A stretch of DNA of 64,000 nt from Candidatus Eiseniibacteriota bacterium (GTDB taxonomy: Bacteria > Eisenbacteria > RBG-16-71-46 > CAIMUX01 > VGJL01). Below the pieces are notes generated by a model. It had not been told where the DNA came from. It did not search any database and worked only from the letters and a program-made list of their open reading frames with translations. The first letter of the stretch is position 1; each line of letters begins with the position of its first letter. Positions 63,888 to 64,000 of this stretch are shown here, piece after piece. The DNA is taken from contig JBHGAY010000010.1 of NCBI GenBank assembly GCA_041946735.1, positions 32,001 through 96,000 of the forward strand, written 5' to 3'. Made by a program: the position numbers and the translations under genes.

Positions 63888-64000
63888 GGCTGCTCCGGTC
63901 GCGAGGATCGGCGGCCGCTCTCATTGCGGCACCCGGATCACTTCGACCTCGAAGCGGCCGTCGACGCCAGTCAAGTCGGCGGGATCGAGGTTGAGGTCGA

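Overview
This is a very GC-rich, gene-dense bacterial chromosomal window with about 50 CDSs. I saw no rRNA, tRNA, CRISPR array, transposase or integrase. The secreted proteins carry FlgD-Ig-like C-terminal domains, a PEP-CTERM tail or a C-terminal 'TWGSIKANFR' motif, which suggests a diderm FCB-related candidate lineage such as Eisenbacteria (inference only). Housekeeping and envelope content: a TetR-TolC-HlyD-ABC efflux operon, MoeB-rhodanese, a 5-domain S1 protein, a DUF3857/transglutaminase pair, RRM plus IF-1, ADP-ribosylglycohydrolase, AmpG, an L,D-transpeptidase, three GT-C-like membrane proteins, a heterodimeric ABC exporter, 5'-nucleotidase, PNPase, several secreted beta-propeller or lectin-like proteins and two ECF sigma systems. 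One ECF is coupled to a Ser/Thr kinase-STAND-TPR protein. The best candidate for an undescribed system is the minus-strand unit at 24007-25814. It runs from a perfect Fur-box-like palindrome to a small phage-Mu-Com-like Cys4 metal-ribbon protein, then a non-coding array of GA(G/A)nCC(A/C) heptamers, then an outer-membrane beta-barrel and a lipoprotein cytochrome c. This looks like a non-phage, metal-responsive, Com-type RNA-level switch. All family assignments come from motif recognition by eye; no database searches were run.
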